Below are positions 8,626 through 18,769 of a stretch of DNA of 64,000 nucleotides, piece by piece. Within the stretch, counting starts at the first letter, position 1. The number at the start of each line of letters is the position of its first letter. The stretch comes from Candidatus Cloacimonadota bacterium (GTDB lineage Bacteria > Cloacimonadota > Cloacimonadia > JGIOTU-2). Both the position numbers and the translations under genes were made by a program. The stretch is taken from contig JBNGBT010000006.1 of assembly GCA_049903315.1 (NCBI GenBank), positions 88,920 through 152,919 on the forward strand, written 5' to 3'. Under the pieces are notes generated by a model that saw only the letters and a list, made by a program, of their open reading frames with translations, made no database searches and had not been told where the DNA came from.

Positions 8626-10471
8626 GATAGATATTAACGGATTGTTTTTAGGACCAAAATCCGAGAACGGCAAATTCTTTAAAGAAAAGGTTCTCGATGT
8701 GATAAATGAACACCTTTTCTGGAGAAAGGATTTTCATCCGGAAGATGATCCTGTTATCTCATTACATGAAAAGGACCAGAAGGATTTCAGACTCACTGAG
8801 GAGAAGGTGCACCAGGTGATCGATACGGTGTGTGCAAAACTTAAAGAGACGTCAATGCCCTGGCATTCGCCGCGCTATCTCGGGCATATGAATGCAGATA
8901 TTCTCATGCCTGCAATGATCGGTTACATCGCCGCAATGCTGTACAATCCGAACAACGTTGCATATGAAGCTTCCACTGCAACGTCACCCATGGAACTGGA
9001 ATGCGGATATGATTTTGCAGATCTCATGGGTTATGACCGTGAAAAAGCGTGGGGGCATATCTGTACAGATGGCAGTGTTGCAAACCTTGAAGCGATATGG
9101 TATGCCAGAAATCTTACGTCGATACCTTTTGCAATCAAAGAATTGCGTCCGAAACTGGTTGAAGGAAAATCAGACTGGCAGCTTGCAAATATGACTGTCG
9201 AGCAGATTCTCGATCTATCGGAAAACGTAAAAGATATCTGGGATGAGATCAGGGATAAATCTGTTCGAGGTACAGGCATCGTTCAGAAACAGCTTGGTAA
9301 ATGGATCGTTCCGCAGACAAAACATTATTCATGGGTGAAAGCCGGTGAAATTATCGGACTCGGTCTGAATAATGTTATCTCCATCCAGGTTGATGAACAT
9401 TACAGAATGGACATCGATGTGCTTAAAAAAACAATCGATGACCTTGTGAGTAAGGAAATTCCAATACTCGGGGTAGTATCTGTAGTTGGCAGCACAGAAG
9501 AAGGGGCAGTTGATCATGTCGATCAGGTCGTTGCCCTTAGAAAGGAACTGGAAAAGAAAGGAATCTCTTTCTATCTGCATATCGATGCTGCCTATGGCGG
9601 GTATGCCCGTTCGATCTTCCTTGATGAGAATTTCAAATTTATCCCGTATGATGAACTGAGACTCCGCTTGCACAAAGACGGCATTATCAATAAGGATGAG
9701 ATCGACTGGCCAAGCAAGGATGTGTACAATGCATTCAAGGCGATCGAAGAATCCGATTCTGTCACGATCGATCCGCACAAGATGGGTTATGTACCCTACG
9801 CAGCCGGAGGTATCACAATAAAAGATAGAAGAATGACCGATGCAATTTCCTACTTTGCCGCGTATACCTTTGAGAAAGGAACCAATGTTCCCGCATTACT
9901 TGGAAGTTATATCCTGGAAGGTTCTAAAGCCGGCGCAACCGCAGCAGCGGTGTGGGTAGCTCATAGAGTTTTACCTTTGAACATAACAGGTTATGGCAGA
10001 CTCATCGGTGCAAGCATCGAAGGAGCACAGAGATTCTATAACCATATCCAGAAGAACAAGATCCTGAACATAAACGGGACAGAAGTAAAGATGGATACTC
10101 TCACAAAACCGGATTTCAATATGGTTGATTTTGCATTCAATATCGAAGGCAACAAAGACCTGAAGAAGATGAATGAGCTCAATTTCCAGATTTACGATCT
10201 CAGTTCTTATGTAGCAGGACCGGTGTACAAAAATGACTTCATCACCTCGCATACAGAATTTACATATGCTGATTACGGTGATGCGCCCGTTGGCATTGCA
10301 GATCGGTTAGGGATTGCTAAATCTGAATGGGATAAAGTGCATAGTTTCCGTTTGATGCGTGCATGTGTACTAACGCCATATTTCATGATAGATAAAGTAG
10401 TTGAACACTATTGGGAAACGTATCTTGACAGTATGAAGAGAAAATTGGTAGAGATACTTCCTACACTATAG
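8618..10471 (+). CDS. Group II PLP-dependent amino-acid decarboxylase, long tyrosine-decarboxylase-like form
   Basis: SVTIDPHKMGYVPYAAGG (PLP lysine). Length of about 617 aa resembles enterococcal/lactobacillal TyrDC. ATG 8618 follows AAGGAGAA (8607-8614); the track start 8597 has no SD. Confidence 0.8.
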   Translation: MDKIDINGLFLGPKSENGKFFKEKVLDVINEHLFWRKDFHPEDDPVISLHEKDQKDFRLTEEKVHQVIDTVCAKLKETSMPWHSPRYLGHMNADILMPAMIGYIAAMLYNPNNVAYEASTATSPMELECGYDFADLMGYDREKAWGHICTDGSVANLEAIWYARNLTSIPFAIKELRPKLVEGKSDWQLANMTVEQILDLSENVKDIWDEIRDKSVRGTGIVQKQLGKWIVPQTKHYSWVKAGEIIGLGLNNVISIQVDEHYRMDIDVLKKTIDDLVSKEIPILGVVSVVGSTEEGAVDHVDQVVALRKELEKKGISFYLHIDAAYGGYARSIFLDENFKFIPYDELRLRLHKDGIINKDEIDWPSKDVYNAFKAIEESDSVTIDPHKMGYVPYAAGGITIKDRRMTDAISYFAAYTFEKGTNVPALLGSYILEGSKAGATAAAVWVAHRVLPLNITGYGRLIGASIEGAQRFYNHIQKNKILNINGTEVKMDTLTKPDFNMVDFAFNIEGNKDLKKMNELNFQIYDLSSYVAGPVYKNDFITSHTEFTYADYGDAPVGIADRLGIAKSEWDKVHSFRLMRACVLTPYFMIDKVVEHYWETYLDSMKRKLVEILPTL

Positions 10472-10509
10472 ATAGTTTTCACGCTTAGAATACGTCAAGA
10501 TAGGATAAA

Positions 10510-11232
10510 ATGAAAAGCATTGTATACCTCATTTCTAAAAAACTTAAAAATTTTGATGATTGTTTGGATTTTCTAAAAAGGAAATCGATATCAAAAGCTA
10601 TACTACATCTATATAGTTATGAAGTTGTCAGAAGAAAAAAGTTAAGAACTGAACTTCTCATACGTATTGAATTCCAGGTGGATGATAATTTCTATGTTTT
10701 TGAAAAGATCTGTGGTGGTTTTTTTCATATCTATCCAGAAAGTAACAAACAAAAACAGATACAGTCGGCAAATCGAACATTGCTGCAAATGCTTGAGAAA
10801 TTAACAGTTCTTAATATCGAATTAGTGAATAGTCACCTCCGATTTAAATATAAACCCAATTCGGAGAATCAGTTTCTCCATGAAGTGAATCCCTATGAAA
10901 GATTTACGAATACTGATCTGATTTTACGAGATCAACTCGCAATCGATCGAACGATCCTTGCAAATGAGCGAACTTTTTTTGCCTATGCAAGAACGAGTCT
11001 TGCTCTCATGCTTACTGGTGGTGGCGTTATTAAATTCTTTGGCTCACTGCTGTTGTGGATTATCGGAGTAGTGCTGATTGGCCTTGGCTTGATCGTAATA
11101 ACGGTCGGTGTTTGGAGAACGATCGCTATGTCCAGAAAAATTAATACTGCCAGCAGAAATGTAAAATCTGAGCAACATATAGAAGATACTGATTCAAAAA
11201 GTAAAGAGGAGAATGAACTGGAAAGTTCGTGA
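10510..11232 (+). CDS. DUF202 (YidH-like) membrane protein with unassigned ~135-aa N-terminal extension
   Basis: C-terminal LRDQLAIDRTILANERTFFAYARTSLAL plus TM helices indicates DUF202. The N-terminal part has no recognisable motif, so the start is uncertain. Confidence 0.55.
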   Translation: MKSIVYLISKKLKNFDDCLDFLKRKSISKAILHLYSYEVVRRKKLRTELLIRIEFQVDDNFYVFEKICGGFFHIYPESNKQKQIQSANRTLLQMLEKLTVLNIELVNSHLRFKYKPNSENQFLHEVNPYERFTNTDLILRDQLAIDRTILANERTFFAYARTSLALMLTGGGVIKFFGSLLLWIIGVVLIGLGLIVITVGVWRTIAMSRKINTASRNVKSEQHIEDTDSKSKEENELESS

Positions 11233-11267
11233 AACTGTGTAGTATGTGTATATAAGAATAATTAATA

Positions 11268-12614
11268 ATGGAACAAAGTAGATCTGGAATTATATACACG
11301 CTGAATCAAAGACCACCTTTGGTAGAAGCGATTTTTGCAGCTTTGCAGCATTTCCTGGCGATCTTCATTCCCATCATTACGCCAACACTGATTATCGGAA
11401 ATCTGCTGGATCTTCAAGCAGAAGTACCGTATCTTATCTCAATGGCTTTGATAGTATCGGGTATTGCGACATTTATTCAAGTAAAGAAAGTTGGTCCTAT
11501 CGGCTCAGGACTTCTTAGCATACAGGGAACGAGTTTTGCTTTTTTAGCTCCATTAGTCGCAGCCGGCTTGATCCTCAAAGAACGAGGTGCAACTTCTCAT
11601 CAAATACTCGGAACGATTTTCGCACTTTGTTTTCTTGGTTCATTCATTGAGATGATCTCCAGCAGATTTCTCCATTTCCTCAAAAAGATCATTACTCCAA
11701 TTGTAACCGGAACTGTGGTTACGCTGATCGGATTGAGTCTGATCAAAGTTGCTGTGATTGATATGGGCGGAGGAAGTGCTTTGCTGAAAGGTGGTTCGGG
11801 ACAGTTTGGAAATCTCACAAATCTTATTCTTGCTGGTGTGACCATCATTGTTATTGTTCTGTGCAATGCGAGTAAATCCCAGATTTTACGCATGACATCG
11901 ATAGTGATCGGGCTTGTGTGCGGGTTTATTCTCTCTCTTTTTCTTGTTGAGATTGACTTTAGTAGTATCCATGCTTTACCTGTTGTGAGCGTACCAGTTC
12001 CTTTTAAGTTTGGATTTCATCTTGATTTGGAGTTTTTTATTCCCATTGCTATTATTTATCTCATAACAACAATTGAATCAATCGGAGACTTGACTGCAAC
12101 GTCGGTAGTGTCGGGGGAACCAATAAAAGGTGATCTGTATATTAAACGAATCAAGGGAGGTGTGCTTGGAGATGGATTTAATTCTATGCTTGCATCTACG
12201 TTAAATACCTTTCCTAATACAACCTTCAGTCAGAACAATGGTGTGATACAACTTACTGGTGTTGCCAGTAGATATGTTGGCATGATAGTCGCATTATTCC
12301 TTTTTGTGTTCGGATTATTTCCAATTGTGGGAGGTGTGCTGAGATTAATTCCAAGTTCTGTAATTGGAGCAGCAACCTTGATCATGTTCGGATCAGTAGC
12401 TGCAGCTGGAATAAAGATTATTTCGACCACAAAACTCGACAGACGTTCCTTTCTTATTCTTGCAGTCTCGTTCGGACTTGGGTTGGGAGTGCAGTTCGTA
12501 CCGCAGATATTACAGAATATGCCACAGATCATTCAAAATATTTTTGGTTCTCCGATTTCAACTGGCGGATTGACAGCAATTATCCTCAATATTATATTGC
12601 CAAGAGCTCAATAA
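11268..12614 (+). CDS. Nucleobase:cation symporter-2 (xanthine/uracil/purine permease) family transporter
   Basis: 448 aa with QHFLAIF near the N-terminus and the NAT signature region SQNNGVIQLTGV. Confidence 0.8.
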   Translation: MEQSRSGIIYTLNQRPPLVEAIFAALQHFLAIFIPIITPTLIIGNLLDLQAEVPYLISMALIVSGIATFIQVKKVGPIGSGLLSIQGTSFAFLAPLVAAGLILKERGATSHQILGTIFALCFLGSFIEMISSRFLHFLKKIITPIVTGTVVTLIGLSLIKVAVIDMGGGSALLKGGSGQFGNLTNLILAGVTIIVIVLCNASKSQILRMTSIVIGLVCGFILSLFLVEIDFSSIHALPVVSVPVPFKFGFHLDLEFFIPIAIIYLITTIESIGDLTATSVVSGEPIKGDLYIKRIKGGVLGDGFNSMLASTLNTFPNTTFSQNNGVIQLTGVASRYVGMIVALFLFVFGLFPIVGGVLRLIPSSVIGAATLIMFGSVAAAGIKIISTTKLDRRSFLILAVSFGLGLGVQFVPQILQNMPQIIQNIFGSPISTGGLTAIILNIILPRAQ

Positions 12615-12704
12615 CTTGAGTCTAACGATATTCCATTCTGAATGTTCATCTCTACAGAACAATTGTAGGATTTAACCGAACAAAAGTGCGATTATCTTTT
12701 TTTC

Positions 12705-13739
12705 GGCTTAATGGTAAAAAAATGAGGCTAAAAGCGTTGTAATTAGCTGGATGTTTGCGAGATAGCTATACTTTCTTATTCTATAGATAAAAAGATGACA
12801 AAAAAAATGTCCTCGATGTGGTTCACGGCACACGAAGAGGAATGGAAAGAAACTCAACAGACAGAGCTATAAATGCAATGAATGTTCGTATCAATTTTTA
12901 GGTGCACGAAGGAGAACCACAGAGCTTTCGGAGAAGATATTTTTAGATTATACAGATGGAAAGCAAAGTTATAAGCAATTATCTCAGAAGTATCATATAT
13001 CCATCAAAACCATTCGATCAAAGCTACAAAAATATCAGGTTGTTTGTCCTGAATATGAACCCAGCGAGACTGTCATTATCATGGACACAACGTATTTTAG
13101 ACGAGATTTTGGGGTTATGGTTTTTCGCGATGCCTATCAAAGAAGGAACCTACATTGGACTTTCGTAAATTATGAAACCGTTAAGTTATATGGAGAAGGA
13201 GTCAGGTATTTACAATCAAAAGGCTGGGATATCAAAGCATTGGTCTGTGATGGCAGAAGAGGCTTATTTAAAGCCTTTTCCAGATGTCATGTGCAAATGT
13301 GTCACTTCCATCAATGTGCTATTATTAGACGCTATTTAACACAAAATCCACGCTTAGAAGCTAACATCGAGTTGAAGGAGTTATCATCACTATTGACTTC
13401 TATAGATAAGAGTTTTTGGCAAAACCTATTAGAAAAGTGGTATCAAAAGTGGAGTGATTATCTGAAAGAAAAAACAATCGATCCCGTAACAGGAAAAGGG
13501 CATTATACTCATAGAAGATTAAGAAGTGCATACCGAAGTTTGAAAACAAATACACCCTACCTTTTTACTTATCAAGACTACCCAGAACTGAATATCCCCA
13601 ACACGACTAATTCATTGGATGGATCTTTCAATGATCTGAAATCAAAATTAAGAAATCATGCTGGATTAAAAGATAAAATGAAAATCAAATTGATTAAGCA
13701 TTTCTTAGCTAAATAGCCTCATTTTTTTACCATTAAGCC
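12705..13739 (+). mobile_element. 1,035-bp insertion sequence with perfect 26-bp terminal inverted repeats
   Basis: IRL ggcttaatggtaaaaaaatgaggcta (12705-12730) is the exact reverse complement of IRR tagcctcatttttttaccattaagcc (13714-13739). It encloses a single transposase frame. T-rich flanks (tttttttc / ttttttta) may be an imperfect 8-bp target duplication. Confidence 0.85.
12795..13716 (+). pseudogene. Zinc-ribbon DDE transposase, frame broken at an A8 run (12800-12807)
   Basis: ATG 12795 reads ATG ACA AAA AAA ATG..., stopping after 25 codons. The +1 frame is open from 12799 to 13716 and reads KCPRCGSRHTKRNGKKLNRQSYKCNECSYQF...MDTTYF...LVCDGRRGL...NTTNSLDGSFNDLKSKLRNHAGL, with no in-frame start before 13081. 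Removing one A restores a 306-aa protein. Family (IS256-like Zn-binding variant or IS1-like) is not resolved. Confidence 0.75.
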
Positions 13740-13759
13740 TTTTTTTATTTATAGTAAAC

Positions 13760-14788
13760 TTACTTGTAATACTTTCTTGTAAATCCAGTGATCCACTGTC
13801 CCTTTTTTACAAACAAGGATTTTATCAAACCAGTAATCAGTCCCGCTCCATAAGCAATAACCTGAGTGAGTAATGTGATGATGGAGAGAAGTCCAACGAA
13901 AAAAGATTTATTTTTCATTGCAGATTGTATACACGCAAAGACAAGTATAAGAACAAGCAGCGCACTTTCACCAAGAAATATCCTAACAAAGAACGGAAGG
14001 AAGAAAGTAAGGATAAGTGAAATTATAAATCCAATAAGTGCGATTGCAGGCAGGAAATGGATTGGTTTCAGCATTTTATGATCAATTCTGCCGAGGTTGA
14101 TACGAGTCACTCCCCAGTTGAAAATCTGTTTGAAGAATTTCTTTAGATTGGTTCTTCTTTTATGATACACTTTTACATCATCAAAATAAGCAACTTTGAA
14201 TCCGGAAGTATAAATTCTGTTTGAGAATTCCATGTCCTGTCCATGCCTGAGAGCATTCATTCCGCCAATCTTTTTGAAAACCCCTCTTTTAATTCCCATA
14301 TTGAAACTTCTCGGGTAGTACTTTGTGAGTTGCTTTCCCTTTGATCCCCGTGTGCCGCCCGTACCGATAAAAGAGGTCATCGAGTAATTTACAGCTTTTA
14401 GGAATGGTGAAAAATCTTTATGTGATGTGTCAGGTCCACCAAAGGCATCGAGATTTTCATTCTCAAGATGACGAGTGAGATTATCAATATAATCTTCAGG
14501 AACAGTACAATCAGAGTCGATAAAAACAAGTAAATCTCCTTTTGCATTTTCCATACCAAGATTACGTGCTGCGCCGGGACCTTTATTCTGTTGAAATAAA
14601 TACTTAAGATCAAGGTTATTTTTATGATTTTCAACAATTGCTTTTGTGGTATCTGTCGAGCCGTCATCGACAACTATAACTTCAAAATTTATCAAAGTTT
14701 GTTTTTCGAAAGAGGACAGGAATTCATCGATTTCATCAGCCCGATTATAAGCAGGAACGATGATAGAGATCAACGGAGAATGGGACAT
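13760..14788 (-). CDS. Family 2 glycosyltransferase with C-terminal TM helices
   Basis: SIIVPAYNRADEI, VIVVDDGSTDTT and FIDSDCTV (DxD) motifs, a KQIFNWG (Q-x-x-RW-like) motif, and 3-4 C-terminal hydrophobic helices. Confidence 0.85.
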   Translation of the reverse strand: MSHSPLISIIVPAYNRADEIDEFLSSFEKQTLINFEVIVVDDGSTDTTKAIVENHKNNLDLKYLFQQNKGPGAARNLGMENAKGDLLVFIDSDCTVPEDYIDNLTRHLENENLDAFGGPDTSHKDFSPFLKAVNYSMTSFIGTGGTRGSKGKQLTKYYPRSFNMGIKRGVFKKIGGMNALRHGQDMEFSNRIYTSGFKVAYFDDVKVYHKRRTNLKKFFKQIFNWGVTRINLGRIDHKMLKPIHFLPAIALIGFIISLILTFFLPFFVRIFLGESALLVLILVFACIQSAMKNKSFFVGLLSIITLLTQVIAYGAGLITGLIKSLFVKKGQWITGFTRKYYK

Positions 14789-17265
14789 TAGTTATGTTCC
14801 TTCTTTTTTCTATTTAGAATTGTCACCAAAGCTACAGCAATAAGACAGGCGAATGCAAAAATATGTGCAATGAGTGAAATCTTATAATACTTCAAGAATG
14901 TTTGTGGGCTGAACTCAAAAACAACTTCGTGTTCACCGGACTTATCAATATAGATCGAGCGTAAAATATGATTTGTTTTGTATATTGGGACTTCTGTGCC
15001 ATCGACGTAAGCTTTCCATCCACCTTTTGCGGGATAGTAGATTTCGGATACGACAAAGAGTGAGGGTTTATCAGTGTAAATATCATATTTCATCGTGTTG
15101 AATGAAGGAGTTGTTCGCACGTAGAATGAATCAGGTTTTTCGATCGTCAGTTCGAACTGTTCTTCAAGAATTGCTGTTTGATACGAATCGAAATTGGGAT
15201 CATTTAATTTGGCAAACCGGGCATCTTTGTCTGTAATTGTGATGACATCGCCGACAAACCATGCAGGTTGGGGATCGTACTTTGCCTTATAGACGAGGAG
15301 TTTGTTTTGCTGGTCATAATAAAATGGCTCAAGGTTGTCCTGCGGAAGTTGAGAGGATGAGATCACATACTTTGTATTCAGCATTTTCAGGATATTCCAG
15401 TTTACTGGAACCTGTGGATCAGCACCCTTGAAAATACAGTTTTCCACAATATCCTGATAGATGCGCAGTTTCGCTGCATTATAGCCACCGATAGAATTGT
15501 GGTAATATGACCAGTCATTGTTATTGAAAGGATTTTCAGTTATCGGGAATACGCGATAGTAGGAGGTGTCTTTGAGGATCGCCTTATTGGCAGGTTTCAG
15601 TTTGAAATGCTGTTTTTCAAGTTTGACCGGATCGTAAAGATCTCCCTCAGCTTTTTTTACATAAGGAATGAGATCAATAAAGAGTATGATAATTACAGCA
15701 CCGATGAAAATATATTTTTTGATCGTTTTATTAACGAAAAGTAAGATAAGTGCTGCAGTTAAGACAGTAAATATTATCATTCGTAAAGCATCGGTTTGGA
15801 GCATTTCAAGCCGGACCTGTTTGATCATGGTTAAAACCTGTGGGTCAAACTGGGATGCATCTGATGATTTTTCAAGTGGAAATGAAGATCCAAATATAAG
15901 AACTATCAATCCAATAAGAACGAGTGCTCCCCCAACGCCAAATACAATATTTTGAACCCTTTTCACCTTTTCTTTTGTGATTTCAAGGATGTATCTCAGT
16001 CCGAAAGCAGCCCATATCACAAGGATAAATTGCATCACTACTAATATCATTGAGGGGACTCGGAATTTGTTGAAGAATGGGATATGCTGGAAGAAGAGTG
16101 AGTAAAGGAATGGCAGATGCCGTCCAAAAGATAAAAATAGCGATAAGAGGAACAGTGCAAATGTTATCTTTATAAATCCTTTTTTGAAAGACAGGATTAA
16201 TCCTATTATTGAGAAGAAAATTAAGACCACACCAAAATAATCATATGCCTGGGTGAAAGGCATATGTCCCCAGTATGTGGGAAGTTTTTTATTATGCCAT
16301 TGCTCTACTTTTGTGCCTGTATACAGTTCATTTGAAGTTCCGCCATAGAATCGAGGTATGACAAATGTGAGCAGTTCTGCGGGATGCATAGACCACCCGG
16401 TTGCATAATCCATATCCAGTCCCGTAGATTCTTCTTCGCCTGTTCCGCCGCGAATTGAGTAGGGAGTATATTCATTTGTCACAAAGAGAGGTTGCGCTAC
16501 CATTGCAGTGATGAGCAGAGAACCTCCGATAATGAGTACAATTTTGAGAAGGAACCTCTTTGTTTCTTTGTTTATGAGCATTGTGACGAGATAATATATT
16601 CCTACAAAAAGCAGGATCATGATCTGGTAGAATATGATTTGATAATGCTGAGTTCTGATTTGAATAGAAAAGGCAAAGATAAATCCGAAGAACCAGAGAA
16701 GGTTTTTCTTGTTCAGGAAACTCAAAAAGAAGAACGTGACCATCGGCATGTACATGATGGGCCTAAATTTCGCAAAATGTCCAATATTCAGCAATGACAT
16801 GAAGTGCGGAATAAAGATAAAGCCCAGTCCTCCGAAAATTGATTCCCAAAATCCCAATTTAAAGAATCTCAACAGATAAAACATCCCGATAAAACCGATG
16901 AGGTAGAGCCAGATGTAAGAATATACTACTTTATCTAAAATATCATGAATTATTTTGTCCAAGGAAAACACTAAAGCTCTTTTTCTATGATAAACCGGCA
17001 TACCTGAGAAAACGGGGGAATTCCAATATACTTCTTCATCATTCTCAGCCTGAAATTTCTTCATCTGGTGTGTGGATCCCTGCGAACCTATAACATCGAC
17101 GCCACCTGGACGAAGATTCTGAAATGCCATGGGACTGAAAACGATGAGAAGTATGACAAATACTCCCAGGAAGACAATAATATTTCTTTGATTTGATAAA
17201 ATTCTTAAACCTTGTTTTTTGTTTAAGGATTTGTTTTCAGGCAGGAGTTCTTTCTTTTTATTCAT
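14788..17265 (-). CDS. YfhO-like large polytopic membrane protein (GT-C-like extracytoplasmic glycosyl/polymer transferase)
   Basis: 825 aa, with more than 12 TM helices in the first ~560 aa followed by a soluble C-terminal domain and a final TM. Its stop shares a base with the GT2 start. Confidence 0.55.
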   Translation of the reverse strand: MNKKKELLPENKSLNKKQGLRILSNQRNIIVFLGVFVILLIVFSPMAFQNLRPGGVDVIGSQGSTHQMKKFQAENDEEVYWNSPVFSGMPVYHRKRALVFSLDKIIHDILDKVVYSYIWLYLIGFIGMFYLLRFFKLGFWESIFGGLGFIFIPHFMSLLNIGHFAKFRPIMYMPMVTFFFLSFLNKKNLLWFFGFIFAFSIQIRTQHYQIIFYQIMILLFVGIYYLVTMLINKETKRFLLKIVLIIGGSLLITAMVAQPLFVTNEYTPYSIRGGTGEEESTGLDMDYATGWSMHPAELLTFVIPRFYGGTSNELYTGTKVEQWHNKKLPTYWGHMPFTQAYDYFGVVLIFFSIIGLILSFKKGFIKITFALFLLSLFLSFGRHLPFLYSLFFQHIPFFNKFRVPSMILVVMQFILVIWAAFGLRYILEITKEKVKRVQNIVFGVGGALVLIGLIVLIFGSSFPLEKSSDASQFDPQVLTMIKQVRLEMLQTDALRMIIFTVLTAALILLFVNKTIKKYIFIGAVIIILFIDLIPYVKKAEGDLYDPVKLEKQHFKLKPANKAILKDTSYYRVFPITENPFNNNDWSYYHNSIGGYNAAKLRIYQDIVENCIFKGADPQVPVNWNILKMLNTKYVISSSQLPQDNLEPFYYDQQNKLLVYKAKYDPQPAWFVGDVITITDKDARFAKLNDPNFDSYQTAILEEQFELTIEKPDSFYVRTTPSFNTMKYDIYTDKPSLFVVSEIYYPAKGGWKAYVDGTEVPIYKTNHILRSIYIDKSGEHEVVFEFSPQTFLKYYKISLIAHIFAFACLIAVALVTILNRKKKEHN

Positions 17266-18757
17266 GAGGATATTCCTTGTTTTTATGTTTATGGTTCTTT
17301 ATGTTTCTCCATTTTTTCAGAGAACCTCTGATTCTTCTAATTTCAGCAGGTTCAAAAAAATTAAATAAATACAAAATAAGAGGAAAAGATGAGATGAAGA
17401 AAATTTTTATCAAGATTCTCACAATGATTGTAAGGCTATTAATTAATGAAGACAAGAGAATTAATACAACCCATAATGCGATGAGGAGTGCAAGTTTCTT
17501 GTTTTCATATGGAATTTTATATTGTTTCTGTGCTGCTCGGTAACTCAAAAAATAAAGTACGATAAATGAAATAATAGTTGCATAGGCTGCACCAAGCATG
17601 TGATATTTGGGGATAAGTAAGAAGTTGAGAATAATATTTAATACAGCCGCAAATATAGTATTTAAAGCAATCGAAGATGTTTTATGTGTAATATATAAAC
17701 CAATATTTACTACAGTACGGGCTCCGCTAAATAATAATCCAAAAATAATGTATGGTACAATTGTATATGCGAGCCAATAATCTGGATTCAAGGCAAGGGT
17801 TTTAATTAATTCCTTGCCAATGATCGCTAAGCCTAATCCTGCCCAGGTTAGTACAAACATAGAATAGGTAAGCATCTTACTGTAAAATCTTTTGTCACCC
17901 TTTTTCTGATACATAGAATATGCGATTGGTTGTAATCCCAGTTGAAAAGACTGAATAAGAAAAATGGTCAATACACTCGCGACTTTGTATCCAAGATTAT
18001 ATAGACCAACTTCTCTATAATTTCCTAAGAATTTCAGTATATATCTATCCCCCATATTAAGGAGCATGCCCGCAAGAGCTGAGAAAATTAAAGGGAATCC
18101 AAATATTAATGATTTCTTAAGTATATTTAGATCGATTTCAAATTTGATAGAAGAAATAATTTGTGGAAGAAGAATGATAAGTAATACAGTTTCTCCTATG
18201 ATATAAGAATAGAGAATTCCTTTAACACCAATTCTTAAAAACGCCACAAAATATACGTTAAATCCTAGCGTACAGACTAACTTTGATATATTGCTTAAAG
18301 CAAACAGTAATGCTTTTCCTCTTGCTCTAAATGATGAAAGAAATAATTTATTTATTAAACGAAGTGCTATTATTATAAGGGATAAATGAATGTATAATTG
18401 GAATGTTTTTGGATTATAAAACAACCTAGAGATATTTTCTGCAAAAACATGCCCAAATAGGTTTATTAGAAGCACGAGACCGAATAAAAATAAAAAAAGG
18501 GTAAAGAGAGGATCTCTTTTATTGCTTTTATTTTCTTCTTTACAATAAAATCTTATATATGCTTGATGTTGGCCGAACATCAGCACTTGAGTAAGAATTA
18601 AAATGGAAATTTCAAGTATTCCAAGAATACCATAATCAGATACAGAAATATGAGCAGTATAGAGAGGGAGAAGAATGATACCTATAATTTTTGTAGTGAT
18701 ATTTCCAATACTATAAATTGCAGTATTTTTGAAAGCAAGTTTTATCTTTTCAAACAT
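17258..18757 (-). CDS. Wzx-like oligosaccharide flippase (MOP superfamily polysaccharide biosynthesis protein)
   Basis: 499 aa with 12-14 TM helices and a typical N-terminal FKNTAIYSIGNITTKIIGIILLPLYT pattern. Overlaps the YfhO start by 8 nt. Confidence 0.65.
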   Translation of the reverse strand: MFEKIKLAFKNTAIYSIGNITTKIIGIILLPLYTAHISVSDYGILGILEISILILTQVLMFGQHQAYIRFYCKEENKSNKRDPLFTLFLFLFGLVLLINLFGHVFAENISRLFYNPKTFQLYIHLSLIIIALRLINKLFLSSFRARGKALLFALSNISKLVCTLGFNVYFVAFLRIGVKGILYSYIIGETVLLIILLPQIISSIKFEIDLNILKKSLIFGFPLIFSALAGMLLNMGDRYILKFLGNYREVGLYNLGYKVASVLTIFLIQSFQLGLQPIAYSMYQKKGDKRFYSKMLTYSMFVLTWAGLGLAIIGKELIKTLALNPDYWLAYTIVPYIIFGLLFSGARTVVNIGLYITHKTSSIALNTIFAAVLNIILNFLLIPKYHMLGAAYATIISFIVLYFLSYRAAQKQYKIPYENKKLALLIALWVVLILLSSLINSLTIIVRILIKIFFISSFPLILYLFNFFEPAEIRRIRGSLKKWRNIKNHKHKNKEYPHE

Positions 18758-18769
18758 TTGGAAATACTA

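Noticed and set aside
12795-12810. Classical -1 programmed ribosomal frameshift (IS1/IS3 style) at the A8 run
   Set aside because: The run lies only two codons after the ATG, so there is no upstream ORF-A product to fuse. The required shift is also +1/-2, not -1. Transcriptional slippage, mutation or sequencing error fit better.
12956-13168. 70-aa track ORF inside the IS element
   Set aside because: It is out of frame with the continuous zinc-ribbon/DDE reading frame that spans 12799-13716, and shows no independent motif support.
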